A DNA stretch of 64,000 nt from a virus. Its lineage: Duplodnaviria; Caudoviricetes. Below are positions 9,590 through 18,305 of this stretch, one piece after another. The position numbers were made by a program, and so were the translations under genes. The notes below the pieces were generated by a model. It did not search any database and was not told the origin of the DNA. It saw nothing but the letters and a program-made list of their open reading frames with translations. Location of the stretch: the IMG/VR virus record IMGVR_UViG_2595698834_000001, positions 32,001 through 96,000 of that record; one strand, written 5' to 3'. How positions within the stretch are numbered: the first letter of the stretch is position 1; every line of letters starts with the position of its first letter.

Positions 9590-9629
9590 AACTTTCCTCC
9601 TATAAATAAAGGAGAGGCTTGTCCCCTCC

Positions 9630-10970
9630 TTAGTTAATTTTACCGTTCTTATCAAACATAAACTGATTGAATAGGACTGAGCTACGTCCCTCTGTCAGGA
9701 TCATAGCAGACTGCGATGCTGAAGTAGTTGGAAGATTCAGTTCTTTTGAGAAGTTATTAGCCCCCATAGTCGATCCTACATAAACGTGGAATCGGGAGTA
9801 GTCTTCTTGAATAATTCGTCCAGTATGAATGTGCCCCATAATGAAGATGTCGATAGGCTCTTCTTTAATATGTTTAGGGATTTTAACATCATCTTTCTTC
9901 TTCTCAGAATCCCCGTGTTTTACTTTTATGTTTTTTCCGGCGACCTTGATAGTGAACTCATATGTATTTTCTCGGTTGTCTATGTACGTAACGTTCGGAA
10001 GTACTCCAAACTCGTCTTGCATATGGATTAAATGGTCTAAAATTATGTATGTAACGGTATCGTTGTAAATCTTGTCGTTCTTGTTTCCGTTCAACCTGTC
10101 ATGGTTCCCTGCAACCATGCCAAATGTAACATGATGAGATTTTGATAGAGCAGCAAGCATGTCGATTAGTAGCCTGCTAGCTTTAGAAATCTGCTCAGCT
10201 GCTGTGAACTCAGCCTCGAACGCTTGGTTGACGTTTCTCATCGAGATATGCTCAATGATGTCACCTACGTGGAATACGTATAGGTTTTGAATGCTGAAGT
10301 CCTCCATTAGAGTCTCAACTTCATTTACCATTTCCTGTACCTGAGTGCTTAGTTTCTTAAAGTCGTACCCGCCAGTATCTTCATTGTAGACAACTGCTCC
10401 GATGTGCCAGTCCGATACGAGAAGAACTAAGCTCTTATCTCCAGCTTTAGGCTTCGGTTGAGGGGTCTTGATATACTTCATTCGAGGCATATCTTTAAGC
10501 TCTTCAGCTAAGTGCTTTTTTGTACTCTCCATTAAGTGCTTCATGAACACTCCGGTCTTAATAACTTCCCGTAGCTCTCTCGCTCTTGCGTTACCTTCTT
10601 CTTTGTCCATATGGTAAGTGCTAAGCAAGGAGAATAAGTTGTCATCAGCGACTGTTTGTTCATGTTCCTCTTCATATTTAGGGGAGTACTCCTCTCCTAA
10701 AGGGTTCATGGGAATATCATCAACAAGCACTAACTTCTGATATGCCTTACGATACAGACTCTCCAGTTCAGGGTTGCTTGAAAAAGATTCTGCTACTAAT
10801 CTCATTTCCTGAATGTTGGTTCTATCATACCCAAGAGCTTTCAGCATCTTGTTTGCTGGGGCAGCTCTAGGCTGATCATTGATCGCTTTCAAACTCCCCA
10901 TAATTACTGAAATTGCTCCGTTTCGTGTATGTAGTGCCTGTAGTTCTTCAGTTGTTAAGTTTTTACGCAT
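9630..10970 (-). CDS. calcineurin-like metallophosphoesterase
   Basis: Motifs SDWHIG, GDII, GNHD, HGD and GHIH. Confidence 0.9.
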   Translation of the reverse strand: MRKNLTTEELQALHTRNGAISVIMGSLKAINDQPRAAPANKMLKALGYDRTNIQEMRLVAESFSSNPELESLYRKAYQKLVLVDDIPMNPLGEEYSPKYEEEHEQTVADDNLFSLLSTYHMDKEEGNARARELREVIKTGVFMKHLMESTKKHLAEELKDMPRMKYIKTPQPKPKAGDKSLVLLVSDWHIGAVVYNEDTGGYDFKKLSTQVQEMVNEVETLMEDFSIQNLYVFHVGDIIEHISMRNVNQAFEAEFTAAEQISKASRLLIDMLAALSKSHHVTFGMVAGNHDRLNGNKNDKIYNDTVTYIILDHLIHMQDEFGVLPNVTYIDNRENTYEFTIKVAGKNIKVKHGDSEKKKDDVKIPKHIKEEPIDIFIMGHIHTGRIIQEDYSRFHVYVGSTMGANNFSKELNLPTTSASQSAMILTEGRSSVLFNQFMFDKNGKIN

Positions 10971-10988
10971 AAGTCCACTCCTAATAGG

Positions 10989-11270
10989 TTAATTGACCAC
11001 AGAGGTCTCTAATTTGTCGAATCCAAAGGATAAGCATCGTAAAGCAGGTGTGTAAGGCGTACGCACTTGGTACCAAAATTCGTAAAGCTCTCCGAAAATC
11101 TGATATGTGAGGACTACAAGTTCAGCCCAACTATTTTCGATATGTGCGTCCGCATTTTGTTCTTGCAACATACGACCGTGTTTTTCCACAATATCTACAA
11201 TTTCCCCAAATTCCTCATCTGTTGTTACTCCATGTACGCCTGCTAATTCTTTCACTCTATTGTTTGCCAT
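10989..11270 (-). CDS. hypothetical protein
   Basis: 93-aa ORF with GGGAGG RBS. Confidence 0.75.
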   Translation of the reverse strand: MANNRVKELAGVHGVTTDEEFGEIVDIVEKHGRMLQEQNADAHIENSWAELVVLTYQIFGELYEFWYQVRTPYTPALRCLSFGFDKLETSVVN

Positions 11271-11313
11271 TACGCTTATTCCTCCCTATTTCATTATAAC
11301 ATATTTGTAACTA

Positions 11314-12261
11314 CTACTGTATGTTATTCGATAGTTTTTGCAAAATCCAAGCATTCATCAGGCTACCATACTTTGCATCTGTGAATACATTTCCGACTGA
11401 CTCTTTGCCGCCTCCGCCATTAATTGCCTCCGCAATCATTCCAGCGTGTATATCTCTTGTACGGATGGACATCATATCATTTCCTTTAGTCATACGACCT
11501 ACAGCTACAATAACGGGCATAGAAGTCGGTGCGCTCTTTAGAAGGGCGTATGCAAGCTCGTTTATGTACTCCTCGGAGTATAGGGTAATGACAGAACATT
11601 GGTGCCCATTAAACTCAACTATACTCTGCTCTGCCTGCGTTAACTTTCTATCAATGTGATCTTTCATTTTGACCAGTTGCCCTTGAACAAAAGGTGCAAA
11701 TTCCTTAACTGTTTGGTTAAGTGTCCGATCCTTCAGAATCTTTGGAAGCTCTCTGTAGCTAGCTGAGTATAATGCGAGTAGTAGCCTAGTAACATTATTA
11801 TTCTCCCATTCGTATCGTCTGTAGGCATCTACTGCCTCAATGATAGCTCTAGCCTTGTCTGTTTTTTGAGCGTGCTGGCTGAGTCTTGGGTTGCTGAAGA
11901 TATACTCACAAACTCCAACAATAGGATCTCTCTCAGTGTCTACTATAGATGTAATGAACTTACCTTCGATCTCCGAGCCGGATGTAGCTGCATGGATGAA
12001 GTCTTGGAAAGGAACATCATGATGAAAGTAGAACTCTTCTGGTAGCGTATACCCCTTGTAAGGAAGTCCCAGTACAATGTTGGTAGAGTACCCGGAGAAT
12101 AAGTTTATATCTCGGAAGTCTATGTATGCCTCATGCTGAACATCAATATGTAGCTCACTTTCCTTGAAAATCTCTTGGAGAACAGCTACGGAACAAATTC
12201 CTTCGAAAGTTTTAGGAGTAAACACTCTTACTCGCTTCTCCTCCTCCTCGACAGTAGTCAT
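11314..12261 (-). CDS. DHH/DHHA1-like phosphoesterase, apparently degenerate
   Basis: C-terminal DHHA1-like MSIRT...IAEAINGGGG; the N-terminal domain has a DHH-like layout but lacks the acidic and His motifs. Start taken at the ATG after AGGAGG. Confidence 0.65.
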   Translation of the reverse strand: MTTVEEEEKRVRVFTPKTFEGICSVAVLQEIFKESELHIDVQHEAYIDFRDINLFSGYSTNIVLGLPYKGYTLPEEFYFHHDVPFQDFIHAATSGSEIEGKFITSIVDTERDPIVGVCEYIFSNPRLSQHAQKTDKARAIIEAVDAYRRYEWENNNVTRLLLALYSASYRELPKILKDRTLNQTVKEFAPFVQGQLVKMKDHIDRKLTQAEQSIVEFNGHQCSVITLYSEEYINELAYALLKSAPTSMPVIVAVGRMTKGNDMMSIRTRDIHAGMIAEAINGGGGKESVGNVFTDAKYGSLMNAWILQKLSNNIQ

Positions 12262-12307
12262 CTTTAACCTCCTTTGTAAACAGGACTGTAACATCCCTAT
12301 ATACGTT

Positions 12308-12336
12308 AGTCTAACAGGTACGAGTTGTTTAGTCAA
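12308..12336 (-). promoter_or_regulatory. sigmaA-like promoter
   Basis: TTGACT-17 bp-TAGACT with an extended -10 TG. Confidence 0.6.
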
Positions 12337-12374
12337 CTAAATTTATGAAATTATTTTACGACTTTTTTACAAAT

Positions 12375-12406
12375 AAAAAAAGAGAAGCCCTTTGATGGCT
12401 TCTCTA
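12375..12406 (-). terminator. intrinsic terminator after the holin/virion-protein operon
   Basis: AGAGAAGCC-loop-GGCTTCTCT hairpin followed by U7. Confidence 0.8.
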
Positions 12407-12445
12407 GTAATATTTGAGTAATACTAAGGTAATAAATCTGAATTT

Positions 12446-12975
12446 TTAGCCTTCAGTTCCTTGACCTTCTGTAGGAGGCTCTTCTGTAGGAGGCTCTTCT
12501 GTAGGAGGCTCCGGAACGGCTGTTTCATCCTTGATATAGTCTGCAATTGCAACTTGGAAGTTATTAACTCCAAGAGAGAACGCAGATTCAGCATAAGCAA
12601 GGAACCCACCTAGCGCATGGCGAGCTTCTGTGCCTGCTGGAACATCAATAGCGTGGTGGTCTTTAAAATGATAAGCATCTCTGTAAATAGGATCATTTTT
12701 TGTTGTAATGTATACAACTTTTCCGTTACCGAAAGTAACAACAGGTTTTTTTCTTCCACCTTTTGTCCTTTACCGTCTTCTGTAATTAGCACAGGAACGA
12801 TATTTAACTGGTTAGCTACTCCACTTTCTACTACTTGGAACACGTACCCTCCTTGGAAGATGTTAGTCGTGTCTTTATATGTTGGGACGTAGCCTGCTGC
12901 TGCCGTTTTAGCAATAATCTGATCTCCTGCTGCGAGGGTGATCGTTTCTTGTGCGAGCAATTCTGTCAGCTTCAT
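12446..12975 (-). CDS. putative virion-associated protein; needs a -1 frameshift at the A7 run (12746-12752) to give about 176 aa
   Basis: Frame 0 reads MKLTELL...KVEEK; the -1 frame continues KPVVTFGNGKVVYIT...ALGGFLAYAESAFSLG...EPPTEEPPTEEPPTEGQGTEG* and stops just before the terminator. Confidence 0.7.
12466..12510. repeat. 15-bp tandem repeat x3 (CTTCTGTAGGAGGCT) encoding EPPTE
   Basis: Three exact copies read directly from the sequence. Confidence 0.95.
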
Positions 12976-12994
12976 AATAATCTCCTTTCTAAAC

Positions 12995-13315
12995 TTAATT
13001 TACTTTGTCTTTCTTCACGTCTACTTGCTTAACTGCTGCCGCTTTGATTCTAGCGGACTTACTTACGTCATGGTTCTTCCAGTAGGCACCTACGAACGCT
13101 GCTACACCGAAGAATAGAGAAACACCTTCATAAAGTCTCTCACTATCTACTGATAAGTTGAAAGCGTCAAAGCCTAAGTAAGCAGCTGCCGCATTAATAA
13201 TCGCAACGATATACACAATTGTGAGTACAACCATCTTCGGCTCTACTTTAGGTGCCTCAGTCGGGACTTCTACTACCTGAGTTACAGTCTCTTTCTTGTT
13301 CTCCATATGTACCAT
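12995..13315 (-). CDS. holin (SPP1-type)
   Basis: Two transmembrane segments, AIINAAAAYLG and AYWKNHDVS motifs, and a basic C-terminus. Confidence 0.85.
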   Translation of the reverse strand: MVHMENKKETVTQVVEVPTEAPKVEPKMVVLTIVYIVAIINAAAAYLGFDAFNLSVDSERLYEGVSLFFGVAAFVGAYWKNHDVSKSARIKAAAVKQVDVKKDKVN

Positions 13316-13339
13316 CCTTTCTAGTTATAGGTCTTCTTC

Positions 13340-13349
13340 TAATATAACA
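13340..13349 (-). promoter_or_regulatory. putative late promoter -10 element TGTTATATTA
   Basis: Upstream of holin with no sigmaA -35; matches the late-promoter motif described for Twort-like phages; variants occur at 52250 and 56806. Confidence 0.6.
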
Positions 13350-13357
13350 GAAGACAG

Positions 13358-13990
13358 TTATCCCTTATCGGATAACCGTGTTCTGATGAACTCGTGAATG
13401 TCTTTAATGACTTCTCTAATGCGAGTCGAACTCACACCCTCTTTAGCCCACTTACAGCTCAACTCTGCTACAATTTGAGATTCAGTAAGTTCCTGCATCG
13501 TCAAATAGAGTATTTCTTTCTCTAGTTGTGACATAGTCACGCCTTTCAGTACGTCCTCTAGGATCATGTAGTAATCCAATTCAGAATCATATGACGGATT
13601 GCTGTCCATAATGATTGTTACGTCACCATCGTTCTTAGTGACGAATACACGCTTACGGTCTCGATACTCTCCTTTGATGTAGGAGTGTCGCACTCGATGT
13701 GTGAGCTTTGTTTTTATGTACCCCGGAAAATCAACTGCACCATTAATATGGTACTCTTTCACAAGTCTAACAAATTGTTCGTCAATATAACTTTTTAGCT
13801 CCTCTTGTGTAATACTATCGGGTAAGTAGCTCTTAAACTGGTTAAAAAGGCTGTGACGTAAGTTGCTGTACTGATGTAGCAATTTATCTGTATCCCGTAA
13901 GAAAACTCCAGTGGATTCATCCGTATTCATACCTAGAAACTTGTTACCGTTCAGAATCTGCTCCTGCTCCTTCTCAGGGTTGCGTGCCAA
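13358..13990 (-). CDS. phage RNA polymerase sigma factor
   Basis: EELKSYIDEQFVRLVKEY...DFPGYIKTKL (region 2-like); conserved position after recA in Herelleviridae. Confidence 0.8.
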   Translation of the reverse strand: MARNPEKEQEQILNGNKFLGMNTDESTGVFLRDTDKLLHQYSNLRHSLFNQFKSYLPDSITQEELKSYIDEQFVRLVKEYHINGAVDFPGYIKTKLTHRVRHSYIKGEYRDRKRVFVTKNDGDVTIIMDSNPSYDSELDYYMILEDVLKGVTMSQLEKEILYLTMQELTESQIVAELSCKWAKEGVSSTRIREVIKDIHEFIRTRLSDKG

Positions 13991-14330
13991 GAGGATTCTC
14001 TCCTTCTGTAATAATCTTAATTTTTGTGTTCTTACATAGGATATCAGAGTAATGGATAGTGTAAGGTACAGCTACTTCTCCTTGTTCTGTGTGGCAAATA
14101 GAGTTCCCTTTAGCCCATCTGTCAAAGACAGCGTCAAAACGTACTACAACGGTCTGAGTGCTGTATGAATCCTTTACGTCAATGAGGACTCGTTTACCTT
14201 CTTTGATGGTTTTCTCTAAAGCAGATTTGATAGCTTTAAAGGGCTTAGGTACTACATCGTGTGTACTTGTGCGATCTCGGTGACTTTGAAGAGTGCCTGC
14301 AATAACATCGCCTTGCTCGTTAATTCTCAT
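13974..14330 (-). CDS. conserved hypothetical protein between recA and the sigma gene
   Basis: 118-aa ORF with AGGAGG RBS. Confidence 0.8.
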   Translation of the reverse strand: MRINEQGDVIAGTLQSHRDRTSTHDVVPKPFKAIKSALEKTIKEGKRVLIDVKDSYSTQTVVVRFDAVFDRWAKGNSICHTEQGEVAVPYTIHYSDILCKNTKIKIITEGENPLGTQP

Positions 14331-14376
14331 TAATGTTTCCTCCTCCTGATGTTAAAGGTAGAGAGTAGGGAAACCC

Positions 14377-15588
14377 CTACTCTGCACTATCAATATCGTC
14401 TTGAATTTCCTGAATCATTGCGTCCGCATCTGTGTCTAGTCCTGCATCATTCTTCTCCATCGAAATCGGAGCTGCTACTGAAGGGTGAACTTTGTCAATC
14501 CAACCATCAAGGCGTAGGTTTTCGTTGGTTAAAGCAGTATACCCTTCCGGGAACTCAACTTGAATAAGCTTGTTAAGCAGCTCTTCTCGAATATGTGCCC
14601 CTTCTTTTTGAAGGAACTCAACAAAGAGGTCTTTTCTCTTCTTATGTATTTCTCCATTGTTATCTACGTATTCGTAACTTTGAGATGTTCCTCCAAGGAT
14701 TCCAGCCTCTTCTGCAAGTCGAGTTATGTTTCGCTCATATGGAATACCTTCGTCTGAGATAAGGTCTAGCTGCGCCATTGTATGCGGACGAGACACTTTA
14801 GACTTATTGATCTTAATCTTCAGGTTGTGCCCGATTTTTTCTTCACCTTTTTTGATGGCAGTCCCTTTTTGAACTTCAATTCTTAAGGATGCGTAGTGCT
14901 CCCAAGCCTTCCCTCCCGGCATTTTTGCCTGAGCAAACATTGGGTTTCCACCGATATCTGCTCGAACTTGGTTGATTGCGATAAACAGAGACTTCGTGGA
15001 GGTAATTAAAGGACCTACCTTGTAGATTAACTGAGAGATGGCGGCTGCTCGTGCCCCTACGTTCTTGTCTCCGAAGTCCTTACCCATCTCTACTTCTGAC
15101 GGGGTTTGTCCTAATGAATCCCAAATGTAAACAACAGGCGTGTTAGGGTATTTTTTCTTAAACAGTTCAATGGTCTGCTCAATTGTCTTACCTACGCTCT
15201 CGACCATAAGGGCAACTTCTTTCTTTTCGTCCGGCTGCTTAACCAAAATCTTAGTAGTGTCGATACCTAGTTGAGCTAGGCGGTCTTTATCTGCTGTCCC
15301 TTCTACGTCAATTAGAACGACAATACAGCCTAGTAAGGTAGCTACACGAGCAACGTGGAAAGCGAGTGTAGATTTACCTGCGGCGTTTGCGCCTGCAATT
15401 TCAACCATTCGTCCGAAAGGGAGTCCTCCTCCAAGGTATCGGTCAAGTTGAGGAAAGAACGTCGGTAATCTATCAAAAATCGTTGCATAGTCAGAGTCAC
15501 GTAGAAGAACAAGACCTGCGTCCTCTGCTAATCCGCTTAAATCAATAACCGATGGGTCAGCTTGCTTGCTAGTTTTCTTTTTTGCCAT
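14377..15588 (-). CDS. recA: RecA-family recombinase
   Basis: GGGLPFGRMVEIAGANAAGKST (Walker A), IDVEG, WDS, INQVR and PGGKAWEHYASLRI. Confidence 0.95.
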   Translation of the reverse strand: MAKKKTSKQADPSVIDLSGLAEDAGLVLLRDSDYATIFDRLPTFFPQLDRYLGGGLPFGRMVEIAGANAAGKSTLAFHVARVATLLGCIVVLIDVEGTADKDRLAQLGIDTTKILVKQPDEKKEVALMVESVGKTIEQTIELFKKKYPNTPVVYIWDSLGQTPSEVEMGKDFGDKNVGARAAAISQLIYKVGPLITSTKSLFIAINQVRADIGGNPMFAQAKMPGGKAWEHYASLRIEVQKGTAIKKGEEKIGHNLKIKINKSKVSRPHTMAQLDLISDEGIPYERNITRLAEEAGILGGTSQSYEYVDNNGEIHKKRKDLFVEFLQKEGAHIREELLNKLIQVEFPEGYTALTNENLRLDGWIDKVHPSVAAPISMEKNDAGLDTDADAMIQEIQDDIDSAE

Positions 15589-15669
15589 ATGTATATTTCC
15601 CTCCAAATTATGTGTTAATTTATGTTTTCACTAGGAAAGCCTAGTTTTTACACTAGGCTATCTAATAGC

Positions 15670-16920
15670 TTACTCGAAGTCTTTTAGCTCTTCTTCAAGC
15701 AACTTGTCCATATCAGGCAGATCATTGCCATTCATCACAGACTGATTTGTCAAGTCCGGTTGACTTGGAGGAGTCTGCTGTGGTTGAGCTGGCTGTGCCG
15801 GAGGTGCGGGTTGTGCTGGTGCTACCGCAGGTTGAGCTGGCGGTGCTTGTGGTGGAGCACTAGGAGCCGCTGCTGGCTGTTGTTGTTCGTATGGGTTACC
15901 TACCGGAGCATCTGGCTGGGCAGGTGCCGCAGGTGCTACTGGTGGTGTCGGTGCTGGTGGTACATACGTACTTGCGGGCTGCTCATAAGGGTTACCTTGA
16001 GCTGGCGCTTGTGGCGCTTGTGGTGCATAAGGTTGAGCAGGCATCTGTTGTCCATATGGATTACCTTGTGGTGGTGCCGGAGGCATTTGTTGCCCATAAG
16101 GGTTTCCTGCTGGAGGCGCTGCTGGCGCTTGCTGCTCGTTACCACCATTCGGCTTACGTCCCTCTTTCATATCAATGAATGCATTAACCCAGTCTTTACC
16201 GTTAGGCAGCTCCTCAGTCGCAACTGCATGAGGCTCTAAAGGCTCTAACATGCCTTCCCATCCTTGGTCTAGTGGCGGTAACACTAGGTTAGTGTAAACA
16301 GTAACACTATAGTTATAACTTCCTTGAGGTGGCTTACTAATCTTTAACACTGCCGCTCTGTTAGGGTCAATGAAAGACAAGTTAGTTCCGGATGTGTTAA
16401 GCATTGGGTCTACTAGCTGTTTGTTAAGGTCTTCCCTAGCTGACTTTGGTAGCTCCATTACTCGGATAACAAGTTGTCCGTTCTCATCTCGTTCTTGTAC
16501 CCAGTGCTGCTGACCATCTTGACCTTGAACAGCAACAATCTTAATAACGTTGGCTAAGAATACCTGCTTAACTTTCTGCTGTCCACCGTATCCACTAGGA
16601 ATCATCTGACGGGCTTGCCAATCAGTTACTTTCTGCTCTAAAATTCCATAAGGGTTAGGCTCCGGGTGGAGAACAAAGTTAGACTTGATTTCTTTACCTT
16701 GAGAAGATACTGCGCTCAAAAAAATCTTTCGTGACGGAATAGCGTAGTCAGCTCCTGCTAACGCAGCCGACGGGAGCACTTGAACGTATACATCGGGATT
16801 GTTCTTCTCATGGAATAGCTTCTTGTGCTTTGTTTGAGGATATTTCACTCCCTCGAAGTTACTTCCGCCGCTCTGCTCTGCCTTCTTTATTTCATTTTTT
16901 AAAATATCTTGGAAATTCAT
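15670..16920 (-). CDS. single-stranded DNA-binding protein with a long Pro/Gln/Ala-rich tail
   Basis: Position between pol and recA; globular N-terminus, low-complexity linker and acidic C-terminal tip (DMDKLLEEELKDFE). Confidence 0.7.
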   Translation of the reverse strand: MNFQDILKNEIKKAEQSGGSNFEGVKYPQTKHKKLFHEKNNPDVYVQVLPSAALAGADYAIPSRKIFLSAVSSQGKEIKSNFVLHPEPNPYGILEQKVTDWQARQMIPSGYGGQQKVKQVFLANVIKIVAVQGQDGQQHWVQERDENGQLVIRVMELPKSAREDLNKQLVDPMLNTSGTNLSFIDPNRAAVLKISKPPQGSYNYSVTVYTNLVLPPLDQGWEGMLEPLEPHAVATEELPNGKDWVNAFIDMKEGRKPNGGNEQQAPAAPPAGNPYGQQMPPAPPQGNPYGQQMPAQPYAPQAPQAPAQGNPYEQPASTYVPPAPTPPVAPAAPAQPDAPVGNPYEQQQPAAAPSAPPQAPPAQPAVAPAQPAPPAQPAQPQQTPPSQPDLTNQSVMNGNDLPDMDKLLEEELKDFE

Positions 16921-16976
16921 ATGTAGTTCTTCCTCCTATTATGTAGGTATTTGTGTGGTCTCCACACTGTATTAAC

Positions 16977-17005
16977 ATTATAACATATAATCTTTTAAAA
17001 TACAA
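16977..17005 (-). promoter_or_regulatory. sigmaA-like promoter
   Basis: TTGTAT-17 bp-TATAAT with an extended -10 TG. Confidence 0.6.
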
Positions 17006-17019
17006 GGCTGTTAGAAAAT

Positions 17020-17505
17020 TTATTGTTGCAATTTTCCCCCGGCTCCAGCACCATAAAACTTATGTTCAGCGATCTGTTTTCCGAAGGATTGTAACATGTC
17101 TTTCCGTTGTTCAAATGCCTTAACAATCCTAGATACTTTACCAACAATGAGTTTGAGCTGCATGTATTCTAGCATGACTTGCTCGTACTCAGGTCTTAGT
17201 CTTCGGTACGTTTCGACCATGTCTTTTGTTGGTTTTGTTCCTGTGCTGTTATAGTGCTGACGTGCAGCATCATCGACTTGCGCTGTTACTCTCTCACACT
17301 CTAACTCTTTACTTTCTTGGTAGTATTTAAGCTGCTCTAGCAAAGAAGCCCAGTACACAAACTTAGCAGGTTGCTCTAACATTTCTTGTAACAAGTTATG
17401 CTCGTTTACTGCTAACTCCTCTCTTAAGTTGTAGTCAACACTCGCCCCCGTCTCATCAATGAGCCGTATCAGGTCGAAGTCGAAGGAGTTAATGTTAACA
17501 TCCAT
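17020..17505 (-). CDS. helical hypothetical protein, possibly a UvsY-like recombination mediator
   Basis: Coiled-coil ORF ending KAFEQRKDML, next to SSB and recA. Confidence 0.6.
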   Translation of the reverse strand: MDVNINSFDFDLIRLIDETGASVDYNLREELAVNEHNLLQEMLEQPAKFVYWASLLEQLKYYQESKELECERVTAQVDDAARQHYNSTGTKPTKDMVETYRRLRPEYEQVMLEYMQLKLIVGKVSRIVKAFEQRKDMLQSFGKQIAEHKFYGAGAGGKLQQ

Positions 17506-17603
17506 AGTCTCACCTCTCTTAGTAGAGGAAGGGCTTTAACCCTGTCCTCTCTATCAATTTATCATATAACTAGTCTGTATGTCAACTGTAAAATACAAAC
17601 TTT

Positions 17604-18305
17604 TTACGATATAGTTTGAAAAGTTTGATAACTTTGTTTCTTAGCTTCAAGCGTAGCGACGAGTTCATCATGTTTCTCTTGGCTTATTGCTTTACTATCT
17701 TTATAAATCTTGACTTTTTTCTTATCAAGGTAGTACTTACAGTATCCTTTGGCAGAGTTGAAAGTCTTGAGCTCTTCGGCATCATAATCTACCATGTCGT
17801 TATAGTTAAGTCCGATCTCCACGTCAGCAGCAATCGGATAACGCATTTTTTCACCCTTCCAGTCAATAAACAACCAGTCCACAGGAAGATTTTCCATAAT
17901 AAACTTTGATGCTTTAGCCATAATCGCAATCTCGTTAGCAGGGCAGTCAAGTACAATGGAATCGTGTACTGTTAGTACAATCTTAGAACGTAACTTCCTC
18001 TTCTTAATAAATTTCCTGATAAGGACAACAGAGGAGTTTGTTAAGAAAGCTCCTGACCCCTGAATGAGAGTGTTGACTGATTGTCTTAAAGCCTCATTTC
18101 GTTTAGAACGGTCACGAGATTGAACGTTAGCTAGTGAACGTCTGAATCCATGCAGGCACTCAACGTACTTCTGCTTCATAGCAATTTCATGAACTTCCTC
18201 GATAAACTCTTTAATTCTCGGTTTGTTTCGGAAGTAGTCATCAAATAGTTTCTCTGCTTGTTCTAAAGTCATACCATGCTTAGCATAATAGGAAAACGGC
18301 GTTTC
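17604..18305 (-). CDS. polA: DNA polymerase family A, exon 2
   Basis: Begins ETPFSYYAKHGMTLEQA; contains RQSVNTLIQGSG and motif C LTVHDSI. Confidence 0.92.
   Translation of the reverse strand, partial: ETPFSYYAKHGMTLEQAEKLFDDYFRNKPRIKEFIEEVHEIAMKQKYVECLHGFRRSLANVQSRDRSKRNEALRQSVNTLIQGSGAFLTNSSVVLIRKFIKKRKLRSKIVLTVHDSIVLDCPANEIAIMAKASKFIMENLPVDWLFIDWKGEKMRYPIAADVEIGLNYNDMVDYDAEELKTFNSAKGYCKYYLDKKKVKIYKDSKAISQEKHDELVATLEAKKQSYQTFQTIS

Noticed and set aside
12466-12510. 15-bp triple repeat as a CRISPR array or iteron
   Set aside because: There are no spacers, and the repeat encodes EPPTE in the corrected frame of a gene.
12424-12609. 61-aa ORF with SLLQK repeats as a separate gene
   Set aside because: It is the out-of-frame reading of the 3' half of the 12446-12975 gene and has no RBS.
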